A DNA stretch of 62,421 nucleotides, counting the filler, from Polymyxa betae A26-41 (lineage: Eukaryota; Protista; Endomyxa: Phytomyxea): assembly GCA_003693705.1 (NCBI GenBank). It is 6 parts of 6 records of this genome, joined end to end, with 100 filler letters (N's around TTAATTAATTAA, not from the genome) between each part and the next. Parts side by side here need not be neighbours in the genome. Positions count along the whole stretch, not along the records: positions 58,648 to 62,421 come from RBZT01000530.1; 5 more parts are not named here. One strand, 5' to 3'. The notes under the pieces are model-generated. The model worked only from the letters and a program-made list of their open reading frames with translations. It made no database searches and was not told the origin of the DNA. Numbering within the stretch: position 1 is the first letter of the stretch; each line of letters begins with the position of its first letter. Shown in pieces: positions 59,861 to 62,421 of the stretch. Position numbers and translations under genes: made by a program.

Positions 59861-62421
59861 CTCATATTGTCATCTGTTCAGGATAAACTTGTGTATGCGC
59901 ACTATATTTTATAGAGCCTGGTCGCCGACAACGAGAGAGAAATGTATATCTGGAAGCGGGCGGCAATACGACGAGCTCTTCATGACGTTCGACAAAGCAA
60001 TCGTCGTGGCTTCAGTCAAAGGGATAGGTGTTCCGCGGAAGCTTGTGCTAAACGTTTAAATTGCCCAGCAAATGTGGGAGGAATATCTACAGCACACTGT
60101 ATGCTCCTCATAGCAGGAAATTCAGTCCTAATCCCAGCGTCTAGTCTCGCGGAGATCAACCGGTGCGGGGTGATGGAGTCTATGATGGTAATCGGGTGCC
60201 TGTTCTATCATCTAGAGGTGCACAATCTGGCATCCCGATGAGTATAAAGTCTTTGTCCGGCGTCGATAGAGCGTCATAAGCTATTATCCATTTCATGGAC
60301 AGACAGCTTGTCGAGGCAACATCAGTGGAGAGCGTCCAAGGCTTTCACTAGGTAGCCAAAGTCCAGGTTGCAAGCAGGTTCATTTTCTCTACAGGCTGAC
60401 CGTGGATTTCGACCAATAACTCGAGGGTTTGTGCATTCAAGGGCCCAGCACTTTTAGGTGTCGAATATTTGGGACGACGATCTCCAGTTGCAGATCGTTT
60501 GCGCATATTCCTGAGTTTGTGCATACGAATTTCTCCTAAGCTGCTATCAATTTCAGAAGTGGTCGTGCTCTGAGTCCTGTTAACAGTTAGAACAGTTCAG
60601 GAACTGGGTCTGAATCCGAAGTCTTAGACAAGAAGAAATCATAACTACTACAGTCGCCATAAGCTGCACATAACTTAAATGCTGGGGATGCTGTCACATC
60701 CCCAGCAAGCTCAGGTTTGCCTGGGAAATTCCATGCTGATGTTGTGGCTGACGTGGAGACAGATTCTGAGATCTGCGACATCGGAACCGATCCGACGCCC
60801 GACTGTACCATCGACTAGGCAGATCAGATCCTCGAAAAGGGAATACAGTAATTGCCTCTATTATATCTCCGGCTAATAAGCCCTGAGCACTGAAATAGGA
60901 CCTGAAAAGTGAAATAAGACCCTGGACCCTGGCTGTGAAGCCTTCCAGGGTCTTAATTAACACACTTGCCAAATTACCGTAGGGGTCGAGCTGTCATTAA
61001 GCTCGTTCCAGCCATGATTGAATATCGTATTGAAAAAGTTCATATGATATTCGGCAAGGAACCAGTATCGATTCGTTGCTCATGCTATAGATTTTTCCAA
61101 TGAACTCAAGCAAACACACCGATTAGCTTCGTCATGGTGCTCGGACACAATGTGAGCTGCCCTAACGTCTGGGAAGGGGATGTGTGTGCACTGTCAATTC
61201 GCCTTTCATTCAGTATATTTTCAAGATTGCAATTCGTCAAAGCACGTACATCAGTCAACCATACTCGAATGAATTTGCTTAGCTTTTTTCGCTTAGCCAG
61301 TAAAGTAAGACCCTCAAGGCTCAAGATCTTGGAAAACTCATTAAGCCCCTCAACCCGGGCTGAAAATACCCTATTCTTATAAGCCGGAATTACTGAAGCT
61401 CCTTTCTCGCTGACCAGCAGATCGGGACGTTCGTTAGGAAAATCGATTCGGATGTTGATTTGAAATCGGCCAGCTCACTCGCAAAATCGGAACCGCAGTA
61501 GCAGTAAATGGATTTGAATCGGAAGACTCGGAAGACTATCCTCGACTTCTTGTTCCGCGGAGATCCGCGGAGAATACTTCTTATCTGCTTAATCTTGCAA
61601 ACGTCGAGAGTGTTGAAAGTCTGAAGACCACTTGTCTTCTGACATGAACTACGAATATTGATCCTGAGGTTAGACAACCAATAACAGAATGAATTGTATA
61701 ATTATGAAATGAGAATTATATAGGATAATGCATATTAGGGGACTTCCATATAGTGTCAAAACTCCGCGGCGGACTTTCCACCTACCAGTGTTCTTGCCAC
61801 CCTCCACAGTGTCAGCCCGGTCTCCCTTGTTCACCCTCGCAACTCATTTTCGCCCGCCCTTCCTTGTGATGAATGTCTGGCTGGTCCCAGTTGCCAGGAG
61901 TTGCAGCCCTTACAGAGGTCACCGGTGCATTTTCAACAGAGAGACGTTGGGTCTGAAACATTTCTTGCAGCTGTGCGGACTGCTTGAGCGATGTCCGGCC
62001 TCGTGGAATTGCTGATAAGTTGGAAGTTGCCGACGGCCTCTTTTATGGGAACAAGATATCTTCGCTTTGTTCCGGGGTTCCGGACTGTTGCAACTTCAGT
62101 GATAGGTGGTGTTTTTTTGGCACGAGTGGCAAGCGGCCACGCTGGCCACTGGCTAATAACAAGCCCACTCAGTTGTTGCCAGAGGGGGTAAGAGTGGCAG
62201 GATTCCTCTTACTGGTTGTTTTGTTTAATTCCAGGTTATTTGACAAAAATCTCCTTTTGATTGGACGATGTTGTTTGTGTTGAAGTTCTCATCGGCTTAC
62301 CGTCCTCGCGAGATGATGTTCCTGCATATCAAGAAAACTGCGCAGCAAAAACTGCGCGCCGGAGTTAGGTCCCAGAATGTCAGTTTCATTATCGTCAGCT
62401 ATTTATATCGAATCAATTATT

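Noticed and set aside
59300-62421. Many short ORFs at the window end, and antisense ORFs overlapping TEs throughout
   Set aside because: No recognisable motifs; consistent with decayed genes or shadow ORFs.

Overview
Eukaryotic, transposon-saturated DNA. It is not one contiguous locus: five 100-nt N blocks carrying the artificial linker TTAATTAATTAA join separate contigs (10128-10227, 25201-25300, 31331-31430, 35136-35235, 58548-58647). The TE families and Copia primer site resemble those of protist plant parasites such as phytomyxids or oomycetes, but that is inference only. Most of the window is nested, mostly decayed mobile elements, several with TIRs/LTRs and TSDs readable by eye. These are Ty3/Gypsy and Ty1/Copia retrotransposons, two pogo/Tigger elements, four MULE remnants, hAT derivatives, a PIF/Harbinger-like element, a mariner remnant and a MITE. 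There are two tRNA genes (Leu-AAG, Phe-GAA) and a few host-like genes, including an intact 688-aa adenosine-deaminase-fold ORF. The main observation is an LTR retrotransposon at 11364-18763. It has two ~142-bp LTRs with non-canonical AA...TT ends and a CGTCC TSD. Inside are a Copia-type primer site, a Ty3/Gypsy (PEG10/sushi-like) gag, a -1 frameshift signal and a Gypsy-type protease, then Copia-type integrase-RT-RNase H: an apparent cross-superfamily chimera. Also notable are a pogo element carrying a catalytically degenerate OTU-like domain, a 15.3-kb segment bounded by 128-bp identical inverted repeats that contains the deaminase and tRNA-Phe, and a small virus-like ORF. All family calls come from motif recognition by eye; no searches were run.
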